Numbered from the stretch's first letter, positions 43,161-54,819 are shown. The stretch: 64,000 nt of DNA from Nitrospirota bacterium (GCA_963749655.1 CAVVOB010000027.1:1-64000); one strand, 5' to 3'. Notes: a model not told the origin generated them from the sequence alone. Numbers and translations: made by a program.

Positions 43161-43266
43161 AAACAGGCATTGACCTTCTTTGCGACTTTCCGGTTTTGCG
43201 CGAACATCAACGCCCGCACCTGCTTGATCGGAACAAGGTCATATGCGCCCTAGTGCATCTCTCTCC

Positions 43267-43295
43267 TTGACAGCACAACCTTGATTCGCTATATT
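43267..43295 (+). promoter_or_regulatory. Sigma-70-type promoter
   Basis: TTGACA-17 nt-TATATT. Confidence 0.5.
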
Positions 43296-43331
43296 TTTTA
43301 CCATCATCATCACATCCTGAAGGAGGTTCTT

Positions 43332-43595
43332 ATGAAGCGCATCACCGTGGCAGCAGTAACAGCAGTTGTGGTCGTCATGCTGGTTGCATCAGCAGCTTTC
43401 GCCGGGAAGACCTATCAGTTCACCGGCAAGGTCCTGGAAGTGAAGGACAACGTCATCGTTGTGGACAAGAACGGCGAGAAGTTCGAAATGGCCAAGGACG
43501 CCAACACCAAGGTCAAGGGCGACCTCAAGGTAGGCGCAAAGGTGACGGTGAAGTACGAGTCCCGCGCAGCCGAGATCGAAGTGAAGGGAAAGTAA
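43332..43595 (+). CDS. Small exported OB-fold-like protein
   Basis: aggagg RBS, AFA signal peptide, TKVKGDLKVGAKVTVKY. Confidence 0.8.
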   Translation: MKRITVAAVTAVVVVMLVASAAFAGKTYQFTGKVLEVKDNVIVVDKNGEKFEMAKDANTKVKGDLKVGAKVTVKYESRAAEIEVKGK

Positions 43596-43622
43596 CCAGG
43601 CATCCCGTCTCCGTATCAGACA

Positions 43623-43664
43623 GAACAGCCCCAGGTTTCCATGACTCGGGGCTGTTCTTTTTTG
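43623..43664 (+). terminator. Rho-independent terminator
   Basis: gaacagcccc...ggggctgttc followed by a T-run. Confidence 0.7.
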
Positions 43665-44012
43665 CGGCCATCTCCGGTTTTTTCTGCGTCCTCTGCGCCA
43701 GCTGCGGTTGAAAAGACTTTAAAAACTTTTATCCACAGATTTCGCAGATCAACGGAGATGAAGTCAGCTTTCAAGCCGCAACCTGTGCTTTTCATTATCA
43801 AAGTCAACGTTGCTGCCAGTCGTGGGATTGGCAACCCCGACAGACCTGAGTCAAACAGTAAAGACTGATTCTCGATACAGGCTCTCGATACTTCCTTGCA
43901 TTTTTCATTCGTTTGTCCTATTCTCACGCAAGCGGTTATAAACAATTCGACGCAATGACTTTTCCGGCGAGAGGCCTCGCCCGAAAGGCCCGAGTAAAAG
44001 GAGGACAGGACC

Positions 44013-44843
44013 GTGGGAAAATTCTCGAACACCTGGTCTTTGATGGGCGCATCGTGGGACCTGCTCAAGAAGGACAGGGAAATACTGGTGTTCCCGCTCA
44101 TCTCGGGCATCTGCTGTCTGGCCGTGCTCGCATCGTTCGCAGTCCCGATCATCCTGGCCGTCATGCATTCCCATGACGCCGCGACCTCTGTGGAGCCCAT
44201 CGGCTACGGCATCTTGTTCATGTATTATTTCTGCAGTTACTTCATCATCACCTTCTTCAACACCGCCATCGTCGCCTGCGCAGCCCATCGGATGAAGGGC
44301 AACAATCCGACTGTTTCCTACGGCATGCAGGCCGCGTTCGGCCGGTTAAACCTCATTTTCGGATGGGCCTTGCTCCAGGCAACCGTGGGTTTGGTCCTTC
44401 GCATGATCGAAGACCGCTCGGCGCTTGTGGGGAGGATCGTCGCCGGGATTCTGGGCATGGCCTGGACCGTCACGAGTTTCCTGGTCGTTCCGGTCCTGGT
44501 GGTCGAAAAGATGGGGCCGATCGATGCAATCAAGGCGTCCACGGCGCTGCTCCGAAAGACCTGGGGAGAACAGCTGATCGGCAATTGCAGCTTCGGCCTC
44601 GTCTTCCTGGTCCTCGCGATTCCCGCGCCCTTTTTCGCGGTCATTGGGTTCATGAGCAACAGCGGGGTCGGGGCGATCGCCGGCATCATCGCGGCGGCGC
44701 TCTATATCGTCGGCCTCGCCTTGATCCAGTCCGCACTCCAGGCGATCTTCCAGACCGCGCTGTATTTCTATGCCCGGGACAATAAGGCGCCTGAGGGATT
44801 CGATAACGTCGCGCTTGCGAATGCAGTGAGGATGAAGGGGTAA
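44013..44843 (+). CDS. Integral membrane protein (DUF6159-like)
   Basis: Several TM helices; FLVVPVLVVE..GP..AIK.S..LLRKTWGE. Confidence 0.75.
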   Translation: MGKFSNTWSLMGASWDLLKKDREILVFPLISGICCLAVLASFAVPIILAVMHSHDAATSVEPIGYGILFMYYFCSYFIITFFNTAIVACAAHRMKGNNPTVSYGMQAAFGRLNLIFGWALLQATVGLVLRMIEDRSALVGRIVAGILGMAWTVTSFLVVPVLVVEKMGPIDAIKASTALLRKTWGEQLIGNCSFGLVFLVLAIPAPFFAVIGFMSNSGVGAIAGIIAAALYIVGLALIQSALQAIFQTALYFYARDNKAPEGFDNVALANAVRMKG

Positions 44844-44979
44844 GAGTCGGTTGGAGGTGGTGAAGGGTACCTGAGCCTAAGATGCTTTGAGGGAGAATGT
44901 CAAGTCGCAAGACCTGCCCCTAAGATGTTCCCGGAGTCTGCTCGTCACTTTACGACGGCAAGAGAAAAGGAAGCGTACA

Positions 44980-47901
44980 ATGATTACTATCCCTCCTAAA
45001 TTAGCAAACCTTCTTTATGGGCTGACTGACGATATTTCAGCTTCGGTTGGTAGTGCCTCTGCAACAGTAAGCCCAATTCTTGAACGAAATGAAGCGCCCT
45101 TCTTCTCGGACTACACAGACCATGGCGTTAAACATATAGAAAGCGTGTTGAAAACGTGTGAATTGTTGATTGGCGAAGAAGGCTGGTCAGTATTTACGCG
45201 AGAAGATGCGGCGGTGCTGATGCTAGCTACGATGGCACACGATCTCGGAATGCTAATAAGCGTTGATGGTTTTCGACACTTGGTTAATGGTACCAGAAAA
45301 GTGGAATCTTCTATCGAAGCAAATGATGAGCCATGGCACAAGCTGTGGCGAGAGTTCCAATTGGATGCTCGTCGATTTGACGGAGCCACATTCATACAGC
45401 TTACTGGCTCACCAGAACCTGTGACTTTGAAGGAATTAGACCCCGTTCACTTTAGTGAGCGAGGGATAAGAATCGCTGGAGAGTTTTTGAGGCGCCACCA
45501 CCATCGTCTAGCGCATGAGATCGTTTTGTTTGGCATGCCTGCTGAAAATGATATGGTACAGTTATTTGACAATGTGACGCAGCATCTAAGGGACTTGGCT
45601 GGCCTTGTTGCGAGAAGTCATGGCATTCCTATACGCGACTGTCTTGAATATTTGCTTAAAAGAGACCGTAACGGTCATCGTGAGTATCGTCATATACACC
45701 CAACATTCCTGATGGCTCTCGTACGTCTCGCAGACTATCTCGATCTTGATATTGGCCGTGCACCTGCCTCAATACTTGCAGCGAAATCACTGAAAAGCCC
45801 GATATCACGTCGAGAATGGTGGTCTCACATGGCAATTGTTGATTGTCATTCAATGACAGACGATCCAGAATGTCTTCATGTTGTTGTTGATTCCACAGTA
45901 CTGCCCGATGTGATGACATTCTCCGTAATAGAGGCAAAGATAACAGGAATACAGCATGAGTTGGACGCCTGCTGGGCCGTGCTTGGAGAGGTATATGGCC
46001 GTTTTCCACCGCTAAATCGCTTATCACTCAAAATTAGAAGAATACGATCAGATATCAGAGAAGAGCTTACTCTTCTTAAATTGCCTTTTGTTCCGCATGT
46101 AGCATCACTTGAGTCTGCTAGAGCCGATCTCTTGAAATTGCTTATTGCACCTCTTTACGGTGATCACCCAGGCATCGGTATCCGTGAGCTCATTCAAAAC
46201 GCACTAGACGCCGTGAGAGAACTTGAATATATTCTTTCCCACGAAACGATTGAAAACGTCGAACGTGCTGAGCTAGATGGTGATGTTACTGTTTCTTTCG
46301 AAAAGGATGATAAAGGCGAAGACTGGGTAACGATTGCGGACCGCGGAATAGGGATGAGCTGGCTGACAGTATGTAAGTATTATCTAACTGCTGGTGCTTC
46401 ATTCCGGCAATCCGATGTGTGGAAAAAGAAATTTGCAAATGATGAGGGGGCGAGCAAGGTCTTGCGTTCTGGACGTTTTGGAATCGGCGTACTCGCGGCT
46501 TTTCTATTGGGCGACCGTGTAAAAGTATCTTCTCGTCACTTGGAACAACCTGAAGACCGCGGCATTGAGTTTGAATTTGGATTGGATGATGTCTCTATTG
46601 AGATGAGGTGGGTAAAACGTAAAGTTGGAACAACCGTAAAAATTAGAACATCTCAAAAAGTTATTGATGTTTTTGAAAAAGCAATATATTGGCAGCACGA
46701 TACACTTAATACATGGGACTGGTATTGTTTAGCCAAGCCGGTGCTTATCAGGCGTAGCGTAAAGGGAAGCATATTGAGGCAGAAGTATAACTTACCCGTA
46801 GCAGAAGATGAATTGCCAGATCCTTGGCATCGATTACAAGTGCCAGAATTCCAAGCTATTCATTGGTCATATCGAGCTAACGTCCCAGACCTTGTATGTA
46901 ATGGTATATTAGTCCCAAACGGTTCTGTAGATATTGAGGAGCAATTCAACCCAGTTCAAAAATATGGCAATTCTGGATCTAACTTACTTCTGTCCGATCC
47001 GCATGTTTCAGTTTTTGATCCGGATGGCCGGCTACCTCTTTCTTTAGCCCGTGATCGATTGTCCTACACGCCAAGCGATATTGCAACTGCACTTGCTGAT
47101 GATATCTGCAGAAATTTCATTGCATTTTGCCTTATTAAAGGTCCTAAAGCTAGGTTGCTAGCAAGAGATGAGTCCTCTCCATATCGAATTGTCTATCCAG
47201 GGATGAGCCATTATGGTTCTCTTTTGAGTTGGTTTTTCGATACCCCAAATGGGTTCGGTCTTATCGACCCGTGGAACATCTCTCATTTTACATCCGCACC
47301 AGGTCTGATAATTCGAGCTGCGGCTGGCAACTTAAAGATGCCGCCATCAGCAGTGGGTATTGACACTTCAATCTATGGTTCTATGTACAATTCACCATCT
47401 GATGGCAATCTGACAAACTTTGACACTTGGATTAGACGTCTCGTTCTCTATGACAGAGACGAATGTTTTTCAGCCTTTAAAGGTCTAAAGATAAGAGGAC
47501 TTCGCATTTTAACGCCGAAAAATTGGTATAAAAGATTTGTTAAAAAACAAAGAAGGTTCGTTGTAGACTTATCAACTGTTAGGCTGGAAAAAAACGATTG
47601 GGTCATATGGACCGTAGGAGATTGTCCGGAAAAGGACAATTTATTAGTTTCTCTGGCTTCGGATTCCCAAGCAAATAATACATCATTTGAATGTGTGGCA
47701 GAGTGTTACTTCTCTCCGTTTTCTGAAAATATTAAGCCAGGCCGTATCGCGCAGCTATGGCGAGATGCTATTGGAAGCCCTGTTATTCCCTTTGACAAAA
47801 ATGAACGCCAGCAAATCATAGCAAAACTAAATAAGCAATTTAATCGTCACGTAGTGGAGTGGACAAATAGTGAGACAACAAAGAAGAAACGAACCACATG
47901 A
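44980..47901 (+). CDS. HD-domain + HSP90/GHKL-like ATPase protein (candidate conflict/defence protein)
   Basis: YTDHG..H, HDLGM, RSH, RLADYLD; RELIQNALDA, DRGIGM, GRFGIG, GTTV; AT-richer than flanks. Confidence 0.82.
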   Translation: MITIPPKLANLLYGLTDDISASVGSASATVSPILERNEAPFFSDYTDHGVKHIESVLKTCELLIGEEGWSVFTREDAAVLMLATMAHDLGMLISVDGFRHLVNGTRKVESSIEANDEPWHKLWREFQLDARRFDGATFIQLTGSPEPVTLKELDPVHFSERGIRIAGEFLRRHHHRLAHEIVLFGMPAENDMVQLFDNVTQHLRDLAGLVARSHGIPIRDCLEYLLKRDRNGHREYRHIHPTFLMALVRLADYLDLDIGRAPASILAAKSLKSPISRREWWSHMAIVDCHSMTDDPECLHVVVDSTVLPDVMTFSVIEAKITGIQHELDACWAVLGEVYGRFPPLNRLSLKIRRIRSDIREELTLLKLPFVPHVASLESARADLLKLLIAPLYGDHPGIGIRELIQNALDAVRELEYILSHETIENVERAELDGDVTVSFEKDDKGEDWVTIADRGIGMSWLTVCKYYLTAGASFRQSDVWKKKFANDEGASKVLRSGRFGIGVLAAFLLGDRVKVSSRHLEQPEDRGIEFEFGLDDVSIEMRWVKRKVGTTVKIRTSQKVIDVFEKAIYWQHDTLNTWDWYCLAKPVLIRRSVKGSILRQKYNLPVAEDELPDPWHRLQVPEFQAIHWSYRANVPDLVCNGILVPNGSVDIEEQFNPVQKYGNSGSNLLLSDPHVSVFDPDGRLPLSLARDRLSYTPSDIATALADDICRNFIAFCLIKGPKARLLARDESSPYRIVYPGMSHYGSLLSWFFDTPNGFGLIDPWNISHFTSAPGLIIRAAAGNLKMPPSAVGIDTSIYGSMYNSPSDGNLTNFDTWIRRLVLYDRDECFSAFKGLKIRGLRILTPKNWYKRFVKKQRRFVVDLSTVRLEKNDWVIWTVGDCPEKDNLLVSLASDSQANNTSFECVAECYFSPFSENIKPGRIAQLWRDAIGSPVIPFDKNERQQIIAKLNKQFNRHVVEWTNSETTKKKRTT

Positions 47902-47958
47902 TACAAAACTTCGGGAGGGGGCATCTAGGGTCAGGTCCATACTGTTGTAGCCGTCGGG

Positions 47959-48211
47959 GTAGAGTAGAGAGCTGGCCACACGACCAGCCCTCCCTCATCA
48001 AACCGTGCATGCGGTTTTCCCGCACACGGCTTTCCGATGTTCTTCACCGCGAGGCATGCGCCTGAGTCCAACCCGCTGTCGTCGGCACTTTGTAGAGCCC
48101 GTACTTTTCGTACAGTGACCTGCTGCTGAACCGAGTAAACGCTGTTGCCCTGTTTTTGATCTTATGCCGCCTTCGCAGATGGGTTTGGAGTCGCCCTTCT
48201 ATATAGCCGTC
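47959..48211 (-). mobile_element. 5'-truncated group II intron (maturase C-terminus plus domains V and VI)
   Basis: Minus strand: ...LYEKYGLYKVPTTAGWTQAHASR*, then agccgtgtgcgggaaaaccgcatgcacggtttgatgagggag (DV) and ...ctctactctac 3' end. Confidence 0.85.
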
Positions 48212-48766
48212 GGGGGTCAGACATAAGAAACTAAGATATCTTCAAAAACACCCCGGACCTTGTCTCCCACACTCGCAATAATGTCGCCACCTTTTGCGGC
48301 TATTGTATCCGAGTCCATTGGTCAAATTTAAGAAATAAAATATTTACTGTCAAAATATGCTGGTGCTAGGAAAGAAAAGCTATCGTGGCTATAGGCGGGC
48401 TATCGTGATGTGGCGTAGATTTATTAAATGAAACTAAATGTTTTTTTCAATCAACTCGTCGGGGTATTTTGGGGTATTGACGAAATGGCATAGAGCAGAG
48501 TGCTTAGTACTAAGTTTTGAGTTCTTAGTTCACAGCTCAAAGTTCAGAGTGAATACAAACTGATAGTTCTTAATTCTGAGTTCTAAGTTTCTCGTTTTTT
48601 AGTTCAAGTTCAGGGCACAGAGTCGTCCGTCCGTACCCTGACTTTGCCCTTTTCCGCCCATTTTTTACCATTGCCTCAGACCGCGCCAGTATGCTATATT
48701 CGTATCCCTGCGATCGGACGCCTTCCGCAGGCCCCAACAACCCGAATTCAGTGCCTATCGAGGTAG

Positions 48767-50114
<1,348 letters not shown>

Positions 50115-50122
<8 letters not shown>

Positions 50123-51330
50123 GAAGACCGTCGAACGCAAAGAACTGGAACCCCGCCACCCTCGCCATCCACGGCCTGGGGCGGCTGCCCAAGGCGCACC
50201 ATGCCGGTCTCGACGCCGATCATGCACACCTCCAACTACTATTTCGACACTGCCGACGAGGTCGAGGATTTCATGCGCGCCAAGGGCCAGGGCAAGGTGA
50301 TCCGCGAGCACGAGTACGCCCGCTACGGCAACCCGACCCAGCAGGAGACGGAGCGCAAGCTCGCCGCGATCGAAGGGGCCGAGCAAGCCGTGCTCTACTC
50401 CTCGGGCATGGCAGCGGTGCTGCTCGACGATCATGACCTTCATGAAGCCCAAGGCGGCCACATCATCTTCACCGGCGACTGCTACCGCCAGACGCGCGAC
50501 TTCGCCACGAACTTCCTCGGGAAGTTCGGCATGGAGCATTCCATCGTGGACCCCACGGCCGAGGCCATCGAGAAGGCGATCAAGCCGAACACGAACATCA
50601 TCTTCACCGAGTCGCCCACGAACCCCTATCTGCGCGTGCTCGACATCCCGGCGATCGTGAAGGTGGCCAAGGCCAAGCAAGATCCTGACCATCATCGACG
50701 CCACGCTGGCCACGCCGTACAACATCAAGCCCATCGAGACTGGGCGTGGACATCGTGCTCCACTCGGCCACCAAGTACCAGGGCGGCCACAACGACCTCA
50801 TGGCAGGCGTGGCCCTCGGCTCCGCGGCCCTCATGACCGACTGCTACAAGATGCAGCGCATGATGGGCGCGACCCCGGGCCCGCTCACCTGCTTCCTGCT
50901 GGAGCGGGGACTCAAGACCTTCGGCATGCGCATGGAGCACCACAACAAGGCCGGACTCGCCATTGCCCAGATGCTGGAGGCCCATCCCAAGATCGAGAAG
51001 GTCTGGTACCCGGCGCTCAAGTCGCACCCGGACCACAAGCTCGCCATGGAGCAGATGAAAGGCTTCGGCAGCGTCATCAGCTTCCTGGTCAAGGGCGGCA
51101 ACAAGGAGACGCGGAAGTTCATCGACGCGCTTGAACTTTTCCTGATCACGCCGAGCCTCGGCGGCAGCGAGAGCCTGGTCACGCAGATGTGGGCCATGTC
51201 GTTCTTCGACTATCCCGAGCAGTTCCGCAAGGACATCGGCATGGTGGACAACCTGGTCCGGCTCGCCCTGGGTCTCGAGGACATCGACGACCTGATCGCC
51301 GACCTGAAGCAGGCCCTGGACCAGATCTGA
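50115..51330 (+). CDS. metB: Cystathionine gamma-synthase-family PLP enzyme, multiple frameshifts
   Basis: YARYGNPT, SSGMAA, ESPTNP, SATKYQGGH, SLGGSESL. Confidence 0.8.
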
Positions 51331-51845
51331 TGGGCCGCACCTGCACCTGGTGCAACGCCGAGATCGATCTGCCCGATTCGGGCCGGCACGCCGGCAGGAG
51401 CATGACCGAAGCGCTCTGCACCGAGTGCTCCGAGCATTTCGTATTCCAGATGGGTGTGCCGCTCCAGTCTTTCCTGGACAGCCTCCCTGCTCCGATCTTC
51501 GTCGTCGACGACGACGTGGTGGTAAAGGCTGCGAACAATCTCGGCTACGAACTCCTCAAAAAAGGGCCGGACCAGATCCGGAACAGACTGGGCGGCGTGG
51601 TGTTCGAGTGCGCCTATGCGCGCCTGCCTGAAGGCTGCGGAAGGACGATCCACTGCTCCGCCTGCGCCATCCGGCGCTCGGTCTATTACACTTTCGAGAG
51701 CGGCAAGAGCCTGATCGAGGTGCCGGCGACCCTCAAGTGGCACGACCGGAAGATAGACCAGGAGATCGGGATGTTCATCTCCACGGAAAAGATGGGGAAC
51801 GTGGTCCTGCTCAGGATCGACCGCGTCGAAGGACCGAAGCGGTGA
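51330..51845 (+). CDS. Cys-rich PAS-domain protein
   Basis: CTWC/CTEC N-terminus; FLDSLPAPIFVVD...AAN PAS signature; C...CG..IHC..C. Confidence 0.7.
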   Translation: MGRTCTWCNAEIDLPDSGRHAGRSMTEALCTECSEHFVFQMGVPLQSFLDSLPAPIFVVDDDVVVKAANNLGYELLKKGPDQIRNRLGGVVFECAYARLPEGCGRTIHCSACAIRRSVYYTFESGKSLIEVPATLKWHDRKIDQEIGMFISTEKMGNVVLLRIDRVEGPKR

Positions 51846-52009
51846 TTCCCGGACATCAAAGTGCGAGGACGCTATTTTTTTCATCATTCCTGCGAAGGCA
51901 GGAATCCAGAGGATTTTTCATTTTCTGCCTCCCTTTCGCGGAAGACAATTCATATCCTTATCTTAGGGCCTTCACACAAGCGCGTAGCAACTGACATTAT
52001 TATAATTAC

Positions 52010-52222
52010 ATGAACGAGTTCAAACTGAATAACAGTGAATTTATCGAGCTGAACAGCCTTTTGAAAATCATGGGGCTCTGCGATACCGGCGGCATGGCGA
52101 ATGTGGCAATAACAGAGGGCCTCGTCAAAGTCAACGGCGCGGTAGAACTGCGCAAGCGGTGCAAGATCCGCGCGGGACAGGTCGTCGAGTATGGAGACCG
52201 GAAGATTACCGTTATTCGCTAG
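52010..52222 (+). CDS. S4-domain RNA-binding protein (YbcJ/YaaA-like)
   Basis: FIELNSLLK..GLCDTGG.A...V.VNG.VE.RKR.KI. Confidence 0.88.
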   Translation: MNEFKLNNSEFIELNSLLKIMGLCDTGGMANVAITEGLVKVNGAVELRKRCKIRAGQVVEYGDRKITVIR

Positions 52223-52322
52223 GTCTGTTATGAGTATTGCTTTATAACCGTCATTCCTGCGAAGGCAGGAATCCAGCGGCTTGCTACCGTAGAAAGCTTC
52301 ACAACCTCATTACTGCCAGATC

Positions 52323-52538
52323 ATGGAACCTGACAAAACCGAAAAAAGAATACGCTTTGGCTGCGGGTTCACGTTCGGACTGGTGGCAGGCTTTTTCTCC
52401 ACAGCGCAATATGTCTATAGTTCTGTCGGCGGGCTTGCCGCGGGAACATTTGTCACCGCTGTCGCGTGCGGGCTGCTTGCCCTGAGATATGGCGATCGGT
52501 TTTGGGAAAACCTGCAAAAGTGGCACTTGTGGTGGTGA
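52323..52538 (+). CDS. Small two-TM membrane protein
   Basis: RFGCG..FG, YGDRFW; partial paralogue at 54820. Confidence 0.7.
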   Translation: MEPDKTEKRIRFGCGFTFGLVAGFFSTAQYVYSSVGGLAAGTFVTAVACGLLALRYGDRFWENLQKWHLWW

Positions 52539-53419
52539 AAGATTCTTGATTCCTTCCTGAAGTCTGCACTGAGTGGAATCGAGCGTTTAATGCAGATTAC
52601 ATTTCGTTATTGTCACTGGTGTCTATGCGCTGCATTCCCATTCCTGACTCAAAACTAAAAACTCAAACTCGGAACTCGAAACGGAAAGAATTCGTCTGCC
52701 CCATCAATACCCCGTCGAAATCATTGACATTCATATTCATTTATCCTACTGTACAACACAGAGGAAGATACTCTGAACTCCGGTCTTGAACTGTTAGTGT
52801 TGGGGAGAACATCTCGGAAGTTTTCCCATCTTGCCGAAAATCTTCCCGGCCATTCCTCAATAAATAATGAGAAAGCATTTTGAGAACCAACGTCTGAAAA
52901 AGTATCGAAAGGGTCTCGGGATAACAATATCTTAATTTCTGATGTCTGACCCCGAACGCTCTCGCAACTGCTGGTGCAAGGGGGACATCACGGACGTTTC
53001 CCCATATCGCTGAAAATCTCCCTCTCTTTTTCTTTTTAAAGTATCAGAGGAAAACACGCGTAGAAACAACCTTCCTTTGAGGTCTAGGGACCTCCATCAT
53101 TATATATTCTTCCGCTGGTCTTCCCGCAACGACGCTGAAACAGATTTCCATTCCAAAACCGTCTTTAATTGCTTCGAAATGTCATCCGGAACGGGCTGCA
53201 TTGATTGATCCCACCAGAAAGGTTATTCCATATTGGAATATTATTTCCCTTTTTCAGATAATCCGTGAAATGAATATTCTCCGTTCGACGAGATTCTTGT
53301 GTAATCAATCAGATATGTCAAATGTATTCCCAAAATAATTGACCATAGACACGATCTATGTTACTGTATTTTCGAACCGATACTATCTGGTTAATCCTGA
53401 AAATTGAGAGAATATAAGT

Positions 53420-54089
53420 ATGCTGTTGCATGAAAAATCTGGTTTTGAGCGAAATATACGAAGTATCCTGTGTATCGTGCTATTGACTCTGGTATCTTCG
53501 TGTGCAGCAAGAATTCCCACGAACTACACAGGAGCAGATGTAGGTTATGCTGTCATTGGTATTGGAGCAAAAATCGCATACGAATTATGACAGTTACAAA
53601 CTTCTATTTCGGCTGGTTGGTGAGAAGCGTATGGGCCTGTTTCGTTATTATCCGGATTTTCCACTGTCGTTAAAAAATCTTTTTCGGAATATCAAAGGCT
53701 ACAAATCTGCTGACGAGGCTGGGATAGTTGAAATTGCTGCACTGCCCGCCGGACAGTACGCGTTAGTGAATTTTTTTGTCACTGATTTAATACCGCTTAT
53801 GGTTTATGGGTCTCCTCAAGACTTCTCAATTCCGTTCGAGATAAAACCGGGGCAGGTCGTCTATCTGGGGAACTATCAAGCGAATCGAATAAGAAAGACT
53901 AACTTTCATGGGCCGGCTAAAAGCGGTGCATTTTTTATTGTAGAGGATCGATCTGCGAAGGATTTGGCGATTGCAAAAACGATAGTGACGTCGTTGCCCA
54001 CCGAGAATGCGTGGGATGCGACGCCCGAAGTTAAACAAGTCAACAACCCTTTCTTAATTTCGTCGGAGCAAACCGGGACTTCACATTGA
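53420..54089 (+). pseudogene. Lipoprotein, frameshifted at an A5 run (53569-53573)
   Basis: LVSSC lipobox in the upstream frame joins ORF 53547-54089 (LPAGQY...FEIKPGQVVYLG). Confidence 0.65.
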
Positions 54090-54204
54090 AATACACAACC
54101 TGTGGACATCCTAGAACTCCCCAGAGAGGCATTGGGGTTCAAGTTATCATTGTTGACATCTTGTGTCCGGCCTTTTTAATTGACTCAACTCATCGAATAT
54201 ATGA

Positions 54205-54261
54205 TTTCAACCACCGCGTCCACGTCGTCTCGCCTTGCGGCGAGTGACGCGGGCGTTATTC
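54205..54261 (+). other. Solitary integron attC-like recombination site
   Basis: TTTCAAC-cacc-GCGTC(C)AC...GTGACGC-gggc-GTTATTC with extrahelical base and central ctcgcc/ggcgag stem. Confidence 0.6.
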
Positions 54262-54277
54262 TACAAAAGGATATCGA

Positions 54278-54739
54278 TTGCTGAACGTTTTCGTAGATGC
54301 TGACGCATGCCCTGTGAAGCAAGAGGTCTACCGGGTTGCAGGCAGGTATCATATAGGTGTCACCGTGGTGGCCAACTCTTGGATGCGTGTGCCCATAGAG
54401 GATGGAATCGTACTTCAAGTTGTCGGCAATGGGCTGGATGAGGCCGACAACTGGATTGTTTCCAATGTCACTCCCCACGACATCGTGGTCACGGCTGATA
54501 TTCTTCTAGCGAGCCGATGCATCAAGGCTGGTGCGCACGCAATCGGCCCAACGGGGAAGGCCTTCACCGAGGAAAACATCGGAGATATTGTCGCAACCCG
54601 TAACCTGCTTGCAGAGCTGCGTGGGAACGGCGAAATCACTGGGGGGCCGGCGCCCTTCTCCAAACGCGACAGGTCAAGCTTTTTGCAGCAACTGGACCAG
54701 GTGATTCAGAAGGTTCGGCGCGAACATCCCAGTCGGTAG
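54278..54739 (+). CDS. YaiI/YqxD (UPF0178) family protein
   Basis: VDADACPVK, DEADNWI, VVTADI.LA, GGP.PF. Confidence 0.9.
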   Translation: MLNVFVDADACPVKQEVYRVAGRYHIGVTVVANSWMRVPIEDGIVLQVVGNGLDEADNWIVSNVTPHDIVVTADILLASRCIKAGAHAIGPTGKAFTEENIGDIVATRNLLAELRGNGEITGGPAPFSKRDRSSFLQQLDQVIQKVRREHPSR

Positions 54740-54819
54740 GGTAGAACGACTTTTGTGAAACCCGACATTCTATCTGCCGGAACAGTCATAAAAGTAATGA
54801 ATAGAACGGAAGAATGTCG

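Noticed and set aside
43281-43331. His-rich N-terminal extension (YHHHH)
   Set aside because: Overlaps the promoter and RBS; the real start is 43332.
47840-48025. 61-aa ORF MRENRMHGLMREG...
   Set aside because: A translation of intron domains V-VI, not a gene.
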